64,000 nucleotides of DNA from Bilabrum cf. latius. Its lineage: Eukaryota. Under the pieces are notes generated by a model. It was given only the letters and a program-made list of their open reading frames with translations, was not told the origin of the DNA and searched no databases. The position numbers and the translations under genes are program-made. The first letter of the stretch is position 1, and each line of letters begins with the position of its first letter. Location of the stretch: assembly GCA_965178125.1 (NCBI GenBank), contig OZ237753.1:372001-436000 (forward strand). Reading direction: 5' to 3'. Shown here in pieces: positions 63,401 through 64,000 of the stretch.

Positions 63401-64000
63401 TGGCCGCCATACGCGTACTTTTGTAATAGCCATTTTGATCGAATGCGAACTTTATGAAGAGTCCCACGCCTTCGTGCTTAAACTTGATACCACCTGCTCG
63501 GCCACCCACCGCAGCGGGCTGCAGTCCGGTACTGCGTTGGATGCCTGCAAGGTCCATGGAGGTGAACCCAACTGGATCGTCCCCTCTCCACACCATCTCT
63601 ACTACAGGGAAGTCATTGAAAACCTTGCTGACGTCAGCATGAAAGTGCTGCCCAACCTAGTCCAGCTTTGCACGACGCTCCATCTGCTCATGCGGGTTCA
63701 GCGCGACGGTGCGCTTGGCATCTTCAAACGCTGGCTAACGACCCTTCGGGGTTTGGGCTGCCTCGTCAGCCTCTTCTGTACCACTGCAGATACCACGTCG
63801 CTCCTATGAGCGGTGGTCGCTTATACTGCTGTCATCTACACCCACTGCAGTTGCCTAACTCATAGAAAGGTCCGCACCAGCACCTGAAGCGGCCGATGAC
63901 TACGGTACATCTGACCGTTCGTCAACCTGAACGGGCGAGTAATCGATGGCAGGGCAACCTGTGCTGCCAGCACCTAAATCTGCGCCTGTATTGATTAGAG
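60465..64000 (-). CDS. CLU-domain + kinesin-light-chain-type TPR protein, 3' part (start lies beyond the window), about 14 in-frame TAG
   Basis: GGIKF..GLFIKFAFDQNGYY..AAKAAKRE, PLLECVD, LRVGSSDGCKT (CLU-like). Multiple 42-aa TPRs (GKDHPDYAISLNNMA). Five ORFs in one frame with only TAG in the gaps. TGA at 60465-60467. Confidence 0.83.

Noticed and set aside
1-64000. Ciliate-type code (TAA and TAG both Gln), or TAG as Trp, Leu, Glu or pyrrolysine
   Set aside because: No in-frame TAA was found, and two genes end at TAA. Aligned residues are mostly Gln. Two Glu-aligned cases (15708, 53317) are single-base changes from GAG, and paralogous modules have Gln at the 15708 column.
1-64000. Bacterial or phage origin with code 15, or an operon of small genes
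   Set aside because: Spliceosomal GT-AG introns restore frames in six genes, and the NDR kinase, SAP18-like and GPS/REJ proteins are eukaryotic.
1-64000. tRNA(CUA), rRNA or other RNA genes
   Set aside because: None recognised by eye. A tRNAscan-SE/Infernal run is needed, so absence is not established.

Overview
GC-rich eukaryotic nuclear DNA with GT-AG introns and no operon structure. The protein style (A/S/G-rich, FG-GAP repeats with SPTPS linkers, RRLQ propeptides) suggests a heterotrophic protist, possibly a bicosoecid/stramenopile; that taxonomy is inference only. The main result is that the supplied ORF track is fragmented because this DNA does not follow the standard code: TAG behaves as a sense codon, best read as Gln, while TAA and TGA remain stops. 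Read this way, dozens of fragments fuse in frame into about 11 intact genes. These are a partial FG-GAP protein, a Reeler-DOMON-EGF-DOMON-cytochrome b561 protein, a catalytically dead carboxylesterase, two giant intronless receptors, a small GPI-like protein, a SAP18-like protein, an acidic repeat protein, an NDR-family kinase with a 21-nt microexon, a pirin and a CLU-TPR protein. The two giant receptors (about 4,847 and 7,086 aa) join integrin-alpha-type FG-GAP propellers to a polycystin-1-like REJ-GPS-TM body and form a convergent inverted duplication. The window also holds a truncated ABCC fragment, two relics of restriction-like-endonuclease non-LTR retroelements and two pseudogene fragments. 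All translations, splice calls and domain names come from manual reading; no searches were run.
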